64,000 nucleotides of DNA, from positions 47,221 through 111,220 of the forward strand of contig JBAYWF010000003.1 of assembly GCA_041674205.1 (NCBI GenBank), read 5' to 3'. Position numbers and translations under genes: made by a program. The notes beneath the pieces are model-generated. The model saw nothing but the letters and a program-made list of their open reading frames with translations, searched no databases and was not told the origin of the DNA. The DNA is from Parcubacteria group bacterium. Its GTDB lineage: Bacteria; Patescibacteriota; Minisyncoccia; Moranbacterales; UBA2206. Below are positions 47,803 to 57,721 of this stretch, piece after piece (positions within the stretch are counted from its first letter, which is position 1; every line of letters starts with the position of its first letter).

Positions 47803-48906
47803 TCAATTCGATTCTTTGAATTTCCCGTATTCACTCTCTATATATTCCTTTATTCTAGCCTTAAAAAGGCTTTTGTCAAATTTCTCGGCCTGCGCACGGA
47901 TATAGGCCGGATCATAGTCGGCATCATTGAATTTGCCGATCGCCTCGACGATGGCTGGCACGGTCTGTTCTTCAAAAAACAAGCCCATTTTCCCCTCTTC
48001 TATATGTTCCGGGATATCACCCCCGCGGAAAGCGATTATCGGACGGCCTGAAGCCATCGCTTCGATAGCCACTATGCCGAAATCCTCCTCTTGCGGGAAA
48101 ATGAACGCCCGGCACTGCGCATAATATCCGGGCAATTCTTCGTCCGAAACGCGCCCTAGGAATTCGATATTGCCTTCCGCCATTTCTTTCAATTTCTGAT
48201 ATTCCGGACCCCGGCCGATTATCTTCAACTGCAAGCCCGTCCGGTTGAAAGCCTGGACCACGAGATCCAATTTTTTGTACGCCATAAACCGTCCGACCAG
48301 GAGGAAATAGTCCCCGCGCTCCGCGCTGGTATAAAATCTCGTGATATCGATTGGCGGATTGATTACCGCGGAATCCCTTTTATAATATTTTTTTATCCTG
48401 CGCGCGATGAAATTGGAATTGGCGATAATCTTGTCCGGCCGATCGGCGCTGACACGGTCCCATATCCGGACATAGTTCATCACCAGCGGTATGAACCTTT
48501 TTATAATCGAAGGGAAATAGAAATCTTCGGTATATTTCTGGCAATCATCCCAAGCGAAACGCATCGGGGTGTGCATATAACAGACGTGCAGCGTTTCCGG
48601 ACCGGTGATGATGCCTTTGGCGAAACTGGATGAATCCGACAAGACGACATCATAGCCGGAAAAATCGAACTGTTCGATGGCCATCGGCATAAATTGCGGA
48701 AAAACCCGGTGCTTCTTCCGGGAAAACGGGATGTTCTGCAAAAAAGACGTCCGGATGTCCTTGCCTTCGAAAAAACCGTGCATCAGTTTTTTGTCATAGA
48801 CCAAGGTGTGGATCGGAGCGTCCGGAAAAACCTCCGTGAAACATTCCAGAACCTTTTCCGCCCCTCCGACTTGGACCAGATAATCGTGAACCAGTGCGAT
48901 TTTCAT
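47803..48906 (-). CDS. glycosyltransferase family 4
   Basis: MKIALVHDYLVQVGGAEKVLE N-terminus and EDFGIVAIEAMASGRPIIAF EX7E motif; start moved to 48906. Confidence 0.85.
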   Translation of the reverse strand: MKIALVHDYLVQVGGAEKVLECFTEVFPDAPIHTLVYDKKLMHGFFEGKDIRTSFLQNIPFSRKKHRVFPQFMPMAIEQFDFSGYDVVLSDSSSFAKGIITGPETLHVCYMHTPMRFAWDDCQKYTEDFYFPSIIKRFIPLVMNYVRIWDRVSADRPDKIIANSNFIARRIKKYYKRDSAVINPPIDITRFYTSAERGDYFLLVGRFMAYKKLDLVVQAFNRTGLQLKIIGRGPEYQKLKEMAEGNIEFLGRVSDEELPGYYAQCRAFIFPQEEDFGIVAIEAMASGRPIIAFRGGDIPEHIEEGKMGLFFEEQTVPAIVEAIGKFNDADYDPAYIRAQAEKFDKSLFKARIKEYIESEYGKFKESN

Positions 48907-48970
48907 ATTTGTTGAATTCGTCGCGATCGACTTTTTCCGAGAGCCGGTGTTTGATTTCAATAACTTCATC

Positions 48971-49156
48971 TTAAACCCGTGAAGGCCTTCTGTTGACTTC
49001 GGCTAGTTTCAATTTCATTCCGCCGATAACTTCCAATATCAAATCGACCTTTTCTGTCAGGCCGGCACATTGCTCGATAGCGATCGCGCCTTGGCTTTTT
49101 ATCTCCTCAAACATCGCCAAGATATGATCTTCCGGATAATTTTTCTTACTTTTCAT
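48971..49156 (-). CDS. small hypothetical protein
   Basis: 61-aa ORF between the GT4 and histidine-kinase genes; no motif. Confidence 0.3.
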   Translation of the reverse strand: MKSKKNYPEDHILAMFEEIKSQGAIAIEQCAGLTEKVDLILEVIGGMKLKLAEVNRRPSRV

Positions 49157-49285
49157 GTTTTTTATTCCTATCTCTCAGCGATTTTCATGAATCAATTATA
49201 CTTCTTTCAAATTTCGATGTCAATCAGCCAAAAAACCCGGAAAAAATTCCGGGTCCGGTCCGGTTTTTCCATTCCGGCAAGCGGA

Positions 49286-51127
49286 TCATCCGACCTGCTT
49301 TGCGATTTCTTTCGGGGTTATGATCGGCAGTTCCACGATGAATTGCGAACCTTTACCTTCGCCTTCCGACTCCACCCAGATGCGCCCGCCGTTGCCTTCG
49401 ATGAAGCCTTTGCACAGATACAAACCCAGTCCGGTGCCGCCGGCATTCAGGCGGCTGGTATCCAAGCCTCTCGAAAATTTAGCGAAAAGATGCGGGATTT
49501 CCTCTTTGGGAATGCCGATGCCGGTATCGGAAATGGTGATCCTGACCACCGGCCCGCTGATGTTTATGCTTTTTTCCTCCGGATTGCTGGTGACTGGCGG
49601 GACATAGCCGGATTTTTCCGCCTGTGTCAGAGCCAAGGTGACGCCGCCCGCCGGGCAATATTTCACCGCGTTATCCACCAGATTGGAAACCGCCTCGCGG
49701 ATGACCTTGCCGTCGATGGTGAGCTCCGGCAATGGGGTTTCCGGTTTTTCATATTTCAAATACAGGCCGTTATCCTTGGCTTTGATGAACAAGGTGTCCA
49801 TCACCTCCTGGCAGAGGTCTTCGATTTTCCATTTGGCGAAATCATATTTCATACCGCCGGATTCGATTTTGGAAGCGGCGAAAAGATCCTCGATCAAAAG
49901 ACCCATATTCTTGATGACAGTCAGGGTTTTGCCCAGCGCGTCCTTCTGCCCGGAAGATATTTCCCCATAGGAGCCTTCTTCGACCATCGACACATACCCC
50001 CGGATGCTGGTAAGCGGTCCGCGCAGGTCATGGGAAGCTCTCGCGATGAAGTCGGTTTTGGCCTGGTCGAGTTTTTTGAGTTCGACGTTAGCTACCGCCA
50101 GTTTGTCGGAAGTTTTCTGCAACTCGTCTTTCTTTTCTCCGAGTTCTTTGTTGGCGATGAACAGTTTCACGTTCTTGACGTTGATCTCCCGGTTGGCGGT
50201 TTGCAGTTCTTCCTTCTGTTCCACTTCTTTCTTGACCGATTTGATGAGATAGTAGCCGAAGACAAAAGACAAAAACAAAGTGATGCCGGTCAGGACCCGG
50301 TTGGTGTTGTTCCTGATAAAAGCGAATTGGGAAGCGATCAGGATGACCTGGGTGGCCACTAAGGCCTGGGCTCCCAGGAGCTTGATGTTGAAAGCTTTGA
50401 ATTTAACGATGAGGTATCCAAGGAAAAGAATGAAAACTGTCATTCCAAATAAGCCATATTGTTCAATCTCAAAAGCATACAGATAACCTTTTTCATCAAG
50501 ATAGCTAGCTAGAAATCCCGCAATAAAAAAAGAAAGGAAAAATAATAATAATCCTATAGAAGCATACCTAATTTTTTTCCTTTCATCTCCCCACGCTTTT
50601 CGATAGCCAAAAAAAGAAAAAATTATAGTTAAAAAAGCAAAGAATAATTCCAAAAAAAATATATAATAATCATAGATTTTTACAATCCCCGGACCAACCA
50701 TTGGCTCACAAATAGGCATATAAAATCCACTAGAATTTTTCAAATTAAACAAAATCGCCGGCATAATTATCATAGCTAGAAATATTTTAAATCCAATATT
50801 AATATCCTTTTTGTTGATAAAAACATAGATAAAATAAAAACACAAAAGAAAAAGCAAGGGATCTAAAATTCCAAGCAGAGACCAGAAAAACATAATCAAA
50901 CTACTATCCACATTTGTCCAAATAATAAGATTGAAAAATGTCCACAAGAAAAAAACAGCTGAAAGGGACAAAAGAATTTTACTCGCCAAATTCCTACTTC
51001 TATAAAAAACAAAAAAACCAAATAGCAAAGCAATCAATGCTGTTGGGATATGTGAGTAGTATAAAAGATGCGGAACTGAGTTAGAAAAAACTAAATATAA
51101 TGGAGCAGGTATGTCAGTACAAAACAT
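49286..51127 (-). CDS. sensor histidine kinase with large polytopic N-terminal membrane domain
   Basis: HisKA H-box ASHDLRGPLTSIRGYV; HATPase_c N/G1/G2 boxes (DNAVKY, DTGIGI, GGTGLGL); about 10 N-terminal TM helices; no response regulator adjacent. Confidence 0.85.
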   Translation of the reverse strand: MFCTDIPAPLYLVFSNSVPHLLYYSHIPTALIALLFGFFVFYRSRNLASKILLSLSAVFFLWTFFNLIIWTNVDSSLIMFFWSLLGILDPLLFLLCFYFIYVFINKKDINIGFKIFLAMIIMPAILFNLKNSSGFYMPICEPMVGPGIVKIYDYYIFFLELFFAFLTIIFSFFGYRKAWGDERKKIRYASIGLLLFFLSFFIAGFLASYLDEKGYLYAFEIEQYGLFGMTVFILFLGYLIVKFKAFNIKLLGAQALVATQVILIASQFAFIRNNTNRVLTGITLFLSFVFGYYLIKSVKKEVEQKEELQTANREINVKNVKLFIANKELGEKKDELQKTSDKLAVANVELKKLDQAKTDFIARASHDLRGPLTSIRGYVSMVEEGSYGEISSGQKDALGKTLTVIKNMGLLIEDLFAASKIESGGMKYDFAKWKIEDLCQEVMDTLFIKAKDNGLYLKYEKPETPLPELTIDGKVIREAVSNLVDNAVKYCPAGGVTLALTQAEKSGYVPPVTSNPEEKSINISGPVVRITISDTGIGIPKEEIPHLFAKFSRGLDTSRLNAGGTGLGLYLCKGFIEGNGGRIWVESEGEGKGSQFIVELPIITPKEIAKQVG

Positions 51128-51169
51128 TTATATTTTTACCTTTAAATAATTAAGTTTCAAATTATTATA

Positions 51170-51667
51170 TTATACATTCATGTATTTTTTATTTTTTTTG
51201 AAATATTCTGGATTTTTCCAATCATTGCCCGTAATTATCTTGCGGCAATTCTTTGATCCACAAAGACAGGGCATCTTATATTCCGGGTCAGTCACTGAAA
51301 ATCCATAGTCATGCGTTAGTTCTTCTCCAGATTTAACATTCTTTATTAAAATCAAACTTCCTTTTTTGTCGTATCCCATATTTGGTTCACAACTATGATT
51401 ACCGAGCCATGCTATCGGCATATAATTCATATTGGGAACTGCATAAAAACCATCTTGGACTTGAGTCCCAAAATGGCCTACAACTTCTTTTGTTATTCTG
51501 TCTAATTTTTCATATACATCCTTACCAAAAAACTTATCAGAATATGAGAAATCATGATCTATAATAATTGTACCTTTTTTTAATGATCTTAAGGCAAACA
51601 AACCTGCTTCACCAGGAAGCATTTTTGATGGCTTAACTCCTATTATTACAGGGGGGAATTTAAACAT
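51170..51667 (-). CDS. SET-domain protein (putative protein-lysine methyltransferase)
   Basis: GLFALRSLKKGTII, NHSCEPN, ELTHDYG and post-SET CLCGSKNCRK are the four SET-domain signature blocks. Confidence 0.8.
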   Translation of the reverse strand: MFKFPPVIIGVKPSKMLPGEAGLFALRSLKKGTIIIDHDFSYSDKFFGKDVYEKLDRITKEVVGHFGTQVQDGFYAVPNMNYMPIAWLGNHSCEPNMGYDKKGSLILIKNVKSGEELTHDYGFSVTDPEYKMPCLCGSKNCRKIITGNDWKNPEYFKKNKKYMNV

Positions 51668-51671
51668 ATTA

Positions 51672-52454
51672 TTATTTTATTAATTTAATTTTTAGATTAA
51701 AATTATTCGCACAATCAATTATATGTTTATTTACACCTGGCGGATAACTCCACCAATAAAAATCCTCATCATCAGTTTGATCTTCCGGATATAAACGCAC
51801 TATCAATGGCCTTAACCCAAATTCTTTCTCCACTCTTTCAATATTCGGCAAAACTATCTTTTCCACAAATCCAGCTTCTCCTTTTTCCCTGTCATCGAAA
51901 GAAAAAGTCTCAAACAAAATTCCGTGAGCAATCAGATGAAGCATCGTGTAATAATAATAACCTGAAACATCTTGAACTTTTTTTCTCCATTCCGGATTGT
52001 CATATATTTCCATTTCATAGCCGGAAATTTTGCAAAGATTGTGATGGAAATCAACCAGTTTTTCTCCATTTTTCAAAACACACTCATTCAATTTCTTTTT
52101 TTCATTCGTATGGAAATCCATCACATCGACAGTCGCTTTTTCGCCATTTTCCAATGTCACACGCAAACGCCCAAGCCCTTTCTTTTCTTCATTAAAAGAA
52201 ACGAAAATATCCTCGCTCTCCTCCCAAGCCAATGGCTCCGCCCCGACATATTTGGCGCATTGGTAGAGAAACACAAAACCATTATCTGGCGAAGCGACTT
52301 GCCGGTTCAAAACCGCCCTCGGCATATCTTTAAAGGGCGGCAAGAACTTATCCCCCAACTCCTCCTCGATCCTCTTCCTCAGCTCGACATCCGCCCAGCG
52401 TTTTTTCAGTTCTTCCCTGGCTTCGTCCAAGGACACATAGATACCATCCGCCAT
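51672..52454 (-). CDS. hypothetical protein, co-transcribed upstream partner of the SET-domain gene
   Basis: 260 aa, 4-nt gap to the SET gene, no motif recognised. Confidence 0.5.
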   Translation of the reverse strand: MADGIYVSLDEAREELKKRWADVELRKRIEEELGDKFLPPFKDMPRAVLNRQVASPDNGFVFLYQCAKYVGAEPLAWEESEDIFVSFNEEKKGLGRLRVTLENGEKATVDVMDFHTNEKKKLNECVLKNGEKLVDFHHNLCKISGYEMEIYDNPEWRKKVQDVSGYYYYTMLHLIAHGILFETFSFDDREKGEAGFVEKIVLPNIERVEKEFGLRPLIVRLYPEDQTDDEDFYWWSYPPGVNKHIIDCANNFNLKIKLIK

Positions 52455-52575
52455 AATTTTACCCTTAAGATTTTCCGCTTTTTATGATTCCATTATACCA
52501 CAAACCCCCGGAATTGATAAAAGACACCGCGACCCGCGCGATGCCTTTTTTTTGTTGCCATATATATATGAGCTC

Positions 52576-53484
52576 TCACTTTTTGTGGTCTATCTTGAAG
52601 CTCGGCGAGGTAACGGAAACCTTGGGAAATTCATTGACCGTGATGCGGATTTTAGCCTTGTCCGTATCTTTTTTGATGATATCACGGAAAGGCTTGTCCT
52701 CCATATCCCAGCCCTTGGTTCCGTCGTTTTTTGTTGAAGATGCCAAGGTATACCAGCTTCCTCCCCCATTCAAGGAATATTCGATCTTGACCGTGGTGCT
52801 TTTGGGGACATTGGTCGTGTCCCAATCGATCGAATGTTCGCGATCGGTTTTCCAGGTGCCGCCGACCGGATCCTTGATGACGATTGACATCTTGGGCGGA
52901 GGCGGAACATATTTCTTGACCGTGAGATTGGCATATTCGTCAGTGTCATCCCTGTTAGAAATATATTTCTGGCCGCTGTCATGACTGATGATTTTGGCAT
53001 AGATATAATACTCGCCCAAATCATCAGGAGTCCGCAAAGGTTCTCCGTCCGAATCTTCGGTTTTCCGGTCTTGTAACATTTCGCCGCCTTGGATTTCATC
53101 GATCCAATCGGAAGCGATGTATTCATCATCACTATCACCGAAGATATAGTCACGAGACCTGTAATAACTGGTTTCCACATCCCTGGCTGGATCGTCTCCG
53201 GTATTTTCCAGTTCGATATGGATATGATAGCGGACGTCCGGCTCCTTAGACAGCTGGTGCTCGGAATAGCGATTACTGTCATCGGAGAGTTCAAGGTGCT
53301 TGACTTTGACGCGGGCGTCAGAAGCGCAATCATCTTCTCCGCCACATTCAGCATCAGGATTTTTTCCGATATCCCACAATAGCTGCCTTACCTCCTGATT
53401 AAGATTGTTTGCCCAGACGTTAGGAACGTTAAACGAAGCAAACAGCAACACGAAAACCATATGACCAACGAAACGTTTTAGCAT
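52576..53484 (-). CDS. hypothetical secreted acidic protein
   Basis: start moved to MLKRFVGHMVFVLLFASFNVPNVWA (signal peptide) preceded by GAGGAGG; Asp/Glu-rich. Confidence 0.5.
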   Translation of the reverse strand: MLKRFVGHMVFVLLFASFNVPNVWANNLNQEVRQLLWDIGKNPDAECGGEDDCASDARVKVKHLELSDDSNRYSEHQLSKEPDVRYHIHIELENTGDDPARDVETSYYRSRDYIFGDSDDEYIASDWIDEIQGGEMLQDRKTEDSDGEPLRTPDDLGEYYIYAKIISHDSGQKYISNRDDTDEYANLTVKKYVPPPPKMSIVIKDPVGGTWKTDREHSIDWDTTNVPKSTTVKIEYSLNGGGSWYTLASSTKNDGTKGWDMEDKPFRDIIKKDTDKAKIRITVNEFPKVSVTSPSFKIDHKK

Positions 53485-53540
53485 TTTTCCTCCTCGAATC
53501 AATTCTGATTTGATTTTTTGTCATATCCGCTACATAGCCA

Positions 53541-53933
53541 TTATGGTATCGGGACGAATTTAACTCTGTACAACACAGGCAATATCCGCTGCAAAATGCT
53601 TGAGATTTGCGGATAACGCTCCAATATGTAGACAGGGAGGCCTGTGTTTTCAAGCAGATTGCAGAAATGACAGGCAACCTCAGGATCGACTCCTTGCGTA
53701 TTGAAAGCCTTTTTTGCTTCCCAAGCCTGGATTGGAGTAAATTTAACTATTTCAGAGCCTGGGATTGATAGATATACTTGGGATTTCTCTTCCACCCAGG
53801 AACGCATCCTATCCATTGAATTGCAGTCGAAGCATTCACATTCAGGCTCTCCAGGATTGTATTTATCCCAAAAAATGACACACACCGAATTGCTTCCCTT
53901 ATCGAACCAAAAAATCACATGAACATTCGACAC
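53541..53933 (-). CDS. hypothetical Cys-rich protein
   Basis: 130-aa ORF with CECFDCNSMD and CHFC motifs. Confidence 0.35.
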   Translation of the reverse strand: MSNVHVIFWFDKGSNSVCVIFWDKYNPGEPECECFDCNSMDRMRSWVEEKSQVYLSIPGSEIVKFTPIQAWEAKKAFNTQGVDPEVACHFCNLLENTGLPVYILERYPQISSILQRILPVLYRVKFVPIP

Positions 53934-54125
53934 TTCTAGACCGCTTTATACAGAAAAAAAATGTCGATTAAAATGCAAAGCGTATGGAATTTCCGTACCA
54001 GGAAAACAACCCGGTGCATTTTTCATTCGTGTAATAGTATGAGACTCGACTCCATCTTTAACATCGTATTCGTTAGATAAATGTGGAGTTTCTCCAAGAT
54101 AACCCTCGTAGTCATTTAGACTATA

Positions 54126-54350
54126 TCAATTATCTGGCATATGCTTCTTTCTCAATTCATCAAACTTATTCCAGAAATCATCCGGATCACAGTTTGAATC
54201 TTGGGATATGTCTTGAATTTTTTTAGCAAGATCATTCAGAAGATTAGGCATCATGCCATCATTACTCGAACTTGAAAACGCATTAATCGCCATTGCAAGT
54301 CCACAAAAAAACAGACCAACCGTAAAAATCAATACCTTTCCTAGCCTCAT
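54126..54350 (-). CDS. small secreted protein
   Basis: 74 aa, signal peptide MRLGKVLIFTVGLFFCGLAMA. Confidence 0.4.
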   Translation of the reverse strand: MRLGKVLIFTVGLFFCGLAMAINAFSSSSNDGMMPNLLNDLAKKIQDISQDSNCDPDDFWNKFDELRKKHMPDN

Positions 54351-54382
54351 TTCTTTCGTCTCCTTCTTTGAATCGATTGATT

Positions 54383-55069
54383 TTAATCCAGCTCACCTTT
54401 AGTTTCCAAGCCGAATCTGCCTCTTAGATATTCAATGAAAACATCCTCCTTGCCAATATCATCATAATATTCAACAGCAATCACATAATGTTGCCAACCT
54501 CCGACCCAAAAACGCATTATGATTCCCATCCTGGAATATTCAATGCTGCCCATATCCTCTTCGAATTGCCCTTCGAGAAGTCCTATTGTTTCATGATTTT
54601 TGAATTTTTCCGACATGATTTGCAAATATGAAATGGAAACACGACCTTTTGGATTGTTGTCTGATAAGTTTTCTGGCACTCCAAACAGATCCTCCCTCCT
54701 TTTTCTTATTTTATACACATCATATCCGTGCAATTGCATTGATGATTCTTTTCTATACAAAGAAACCTCGATGCCAATCTTCTTGAAAAAATCAATAAGC
54801 ATTTGGATATTAATTTCTCGCGAATTATATCTGACACCTATTATATCTTTTCCAAAATTATTCAATTTTTCTACAAAGAAAATTTCATAGATACTTTTTG
54901 GCATCCTCATATTATCCGGTACCCAACAAAGAAAAACATCATGAATAAATTTGCCCAGGGATCCATACTCCTCTATAATCTCCGCCTTGACCGACAAAAC
55001 CTCGAAACCTTCCGGAGCAAATGCCTCACTCCAAAATCCAATTTTATTTGATTCAGTACATATCTTCAT
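54383..55069 (-). CDS. hypothetical protein
   Basis: 228-aa ORF, no motif. Confidence 0.45.
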   Translation of the reverse strand: MKICTESNKIGFWSEAFAPEGFEVLSVKAEIIEEYGSLGKFIHDVFLCWVPDNMRMPKSIYEIFFVEKLNNFGKDIIGVRYNSREINIQMLIDFFKKIGIEVSLYRKESSMQLHGYDVYKIRKRREDLFGVPENLSDNNPKGRVSISYLQIMSEKFKNHETIGLLEGQFEEDMGSIEYSRMGIIMRFWVGGWQHYVIAVEYYDDIGKEDVFIEYLRGRFGLETKGELD

Positions 55070-55190
55070 ACGTTTTCTCCCGATGTGTTAGTTATTATCC
55101 TCTATTCAGAGCTTACTTGACCGGTATTAGATTGTCAAAGGATAACGGGGTCAGGAGCCTTTTTTATGGGCAGGTAATCAGGGTCAGGAT

Positions 55191-55325
55191 CTTTTTAAGC
55201 CGTCCTCCTTGTTTTAGCGTTGAAATCAGACCTAGTTTTTTAACTATCTTTTTTATCCAACTATCATCCCCGAATGGCCGGTTTTTTTAATGGAATATCC
55301 GGTTGTTTCAATTTTTTCTTATTCA
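55191..55325. repeat. about 135-bp direct repeat, copy A (partner at 57831-57965)
   Basis: about 92% identity over ...TTTTAAGCCGTCC.CCTTGTTTTAGCGTTGAAATCAGACCTAGTTTTT.A.CTATCTTTTTTATCCAACTATCAT...GGAATATCCGGTTGTTTCAATTTTTTCTT. Confidence 0.85.
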
Positions 55326-55528
55326 CCTTTTTGTTTTTTGCATAATTTTTATTTGAATAAAAGGCACCTGACCCCATTGTTTCGGAAGATTCAATCTTAG
55401 GAGCTAACCTTCGGGATTAGAGCTATATACATTTGACAGAAAAAGACTGGAAGTGTTACATTACGCTTAATATTACTTTCTTATTAACACGCTATGCCTT
55501 GTTTAACCCGTGTCCTAAAAAATAAAAT

Positions 55529-56536
55529 ATGTTAAGCAAGAAAAATGGATTCAACTCTAATGTAACTTTCGAGCGAATATCCTCTTTGACAAAATATCAG
55601 GTCACAAAAAAAATTGGCGTGCGACGTGATGAGTTGGCTTTTTCGGAAGCTATTGAGCTTGCTAAAGATATTACGGAATATCAAAACCAACTGCGATCTA
55701 TCGGAATTCCAATTCCACCAATCGACGAACTGGATGTAAAATACTTTCCAGAAACTGAAAAAGCTTCAATCGCCCTTTTAACACCTTGGGCTGGCGAAGA
55801 TGTTGAGTCAGTTATTCTTTCATTAGATACGGAACAAGACAAAAAAACAATAGAGTGGATTATAAAAGAAATGTGCCGTATAACATTACTAGCCTGCACC
55901 AAAAGAACAAAGGATGGGGAGTTATCTGTCGGCATTGACGCAAAGACAAATAATTTCACTGTAGCAATAGACAATTCCGGCAGGCGGACTATGTCTTATG
56001 TCGATCAATATCCTCCCCACTATTGGAAAAATGGAGTGCCTCTTTTGGAGTGGGTACCCCTAAAATCCCCTCTTGGCAAAGAATTGAATCGATTTAAATA
56101 TTTTGACTGGCGCGGTGTTTTTCTGACGCTAACATCCCAGTTGTGCCGAATTAGCCCATCGCTTAAAAAACAAGTGGAAGTAATCGCCCTTGATGAATTC
56201 AAGAAATGTTTCGCAGAATCTGAATTTAAAGAGTTCCATAATCAATTCATCGAGCTTCCTTGGATTATTTTCCGTAAAATGTTAGAAAAAAATAAATTAA
56301 CCCAAGCTGAACAGATAATTATGCAGTGCGTTTATGATAAAGTATTTGGCGTCAGATATAGCTTCTACACGCTTCGTGAAATAGCATTGGAGATGGCTAT
56401 GCGTCAATTAATTTCCCTGGATGAATTGCATAAATTATTTTTTGATTTATATTTTGAAGATGAAGAGTTTATGCCAGAACGATGGAAAAGCATCCAGGAA
56501 CGATTGTGTCGATTCGTTAGACGCCCCCTCCCATAA
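55529..56536 (+). CDS. hypothetical protein
   Basis: 335-aa ORF, one of only three plus-strand genes; no motif. Confidence 0.5.
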   Translation: MLSKKNGFNSNVTFERISSLTKYQVTKKIGVRRDELAFSEAIELAKDITEYQNQLRSIGIPIPPIDELDVKYFPETEKASIALLTPWAGEDVESVILSLDTEQDKKTIEWIIKEMCRITLLACTKRTKDGELSVGIDAKTNNFTVAIDNSGRRTMSYVDQYPPHYWKNGVPLLEWVPLKSPLGKELNRFKYFDWRGVFLTLTSQLCRISPSLKKQVEVIALDEFKKCFAESEFKEFHNQFIELPWIIFRKMLEKNKLTQAEQIIMQCVYDKVFGVRYSFYTLREIALEMAMRQLISLDELHKLFFDLYFEDEEFMPERWKSIQERLCRFVRRPLP

Positions 56537-56569
56537 GTTAGAATTAATTTTTAAATTTACTAAATATCT

Positions 56570-57034
56570 ATGGCAAACTACATAAAATGGATCCGGGAAA
56601 GAGTTGGTCACGACCCGATAATACTAAACGCTTCTGCAGCCTTTGTTCTGAATGATGAAAATCAAGTTCTTTTATTGCGCCGCTCTGATCGCAATGAAGA
56701 AGTTTGGGGAGTGCCAGGCGGCATGATGGAAATAGGTGAATCAGCGGAGGATACGATGAAACGAGAAGTATTGGAAGAAACAGGGCTAAACGTAAAAGTT
56801 GAAAAATTTCTTGGAGCCTATACTAAAGACAGGTTTGACTCTTACCCGAATGGGGACAGGGCATATGTGATCCTTTTTGTTTTTGTGTGCCGCGTGATCG
56901 ATGGGGCACCTATCGCTAATAATGAAGAGGCGGCGGAACTGCGCTACTTTGATCCAGATAATTTTCCATCAACCTTCAGACATAAACAAGTTTTGGAAGA
57001 TTATAAATCCAACTTAAGCGGAATAATCAGATAA
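56570..57034 (+). CDS. Nudix hydrolase
   Basis: WGVPGGMMEIGESAEDTMKREVLEETGL Nudix box. Confidence 0.85.
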   Translation: MANYIKWIRERVGHDPIILNASAAFVLNDENQVLLLRRSDRNEEVWGVPGGMMEIGESAEDTMKREVLEETGLNVKVEKFLGAYTKDRFDSYPNGDRAYVILFVFVCRVIDGAPIANNEEAAELRYFDPDNFPSTFRHKQVLEDYKSNLSGIIR

Positions 57035-57065
57035 AGATAATTAAAAACAATTCTATATAAATAAA

Positions 57066-57107
57066 ATGAGCTTTGGTTGTCATACCAAAGCTCATCACTT
57101 TTCTTCC
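57066..57107. terminator. bidirectional intrinsic terminator between convergent Nudix and NMNAT-like genes
   Basis: perfect 12-bp stem ATGAGCTTTGGT/ACCAAAGCTCAT, 6-nt loop, T-rich tracts on both sides. Confidence 0.7.
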
Positions 57108-57112
57108 CCATT

Positions 57113-57721
57113 TTAAAATGATTGTTCTTGCTTGGTACGGTAGACTTCTTCCATCCTAGCCGGACCATTGATTCGCAAGAAAACTTCATAAGCTCCCTGT
57201 GGAATAAATTCTTTCCACGATTCTCCGCCTTCCATAACCTTTTTTATGATTCTTGCATTATGCAGTTTAAAAGGAGGAGAAACGGATTCATAATTTCGTC
57301 CTAGGAGCTCTGGAAATATCTTACCTCTCAACGCGTCAATACTTGCGTCGCCATCTTTTTTTTCTGGCCGTACAATCATGAATTCCGCAGGAGGATATCT
57401 CACGTTGAATTCTTTATCAAAGTACGGTCTTTTTGAAATATCACAGCTGATACGATGGTTCAGCTTACGACCTACTGTCCAGGCGTCCCACATCTCCTTT
57501 ACCTCATTGGGTGTAAAAGGATTTTTGCCTGGCGCATAAGATGTTTTTTCCGATGCTTTAATGTACTCCTCCCACCTTCCGATATCGAACCATTCTGGTT
57601 TTGGCGTGTTGTATACTACGCATATAGTAACAAATTGCCATTTATTGAGAATGGTCTCTACCGTACAAACATGGGCAATCGTGGGAGGCTGAAAGCGTCC
57701 CTGAAACAAAGCGTATTTCAT
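57113..57721 (-). CDS. cytidylyltransferase-like nucleotidyltransferase (NMN/NaMN adenylyltransferase NadM-like)
   Basis: N-terminal ALFQGRFQPPTIAH fits the GxFxPxHxGH nucleotidyltransferase motif of NadM-type NMNATs. Confidence 0.55.
   Translation of the reverse strand: MKYALFQGRFQPPTIAHVCTVETILNKWQFVTICVVYNTPKPEWFDIGRWEEYIKASEKTSYAPGKNPFTPNEVKEMWDAWTVGRKLNHRISCDISKRPYFDKEFNVRYPPAEFMIVRPEKKDGDASIDALRGKIFPELLGRNYESVSPPFKLHNARIIKKVMEGGESWKEFIPQGAYEVFLRINGPARMEEVYRTKQEQSF

Noticed and set aside
55021-55290. Plus-strand 89-aa ORF spanning direct-repeat copy A
   Set aside because: It runs through repeat sequence and a hydrophobic low-complexity translation. The homologous region in copy B is non-coding on that strand.
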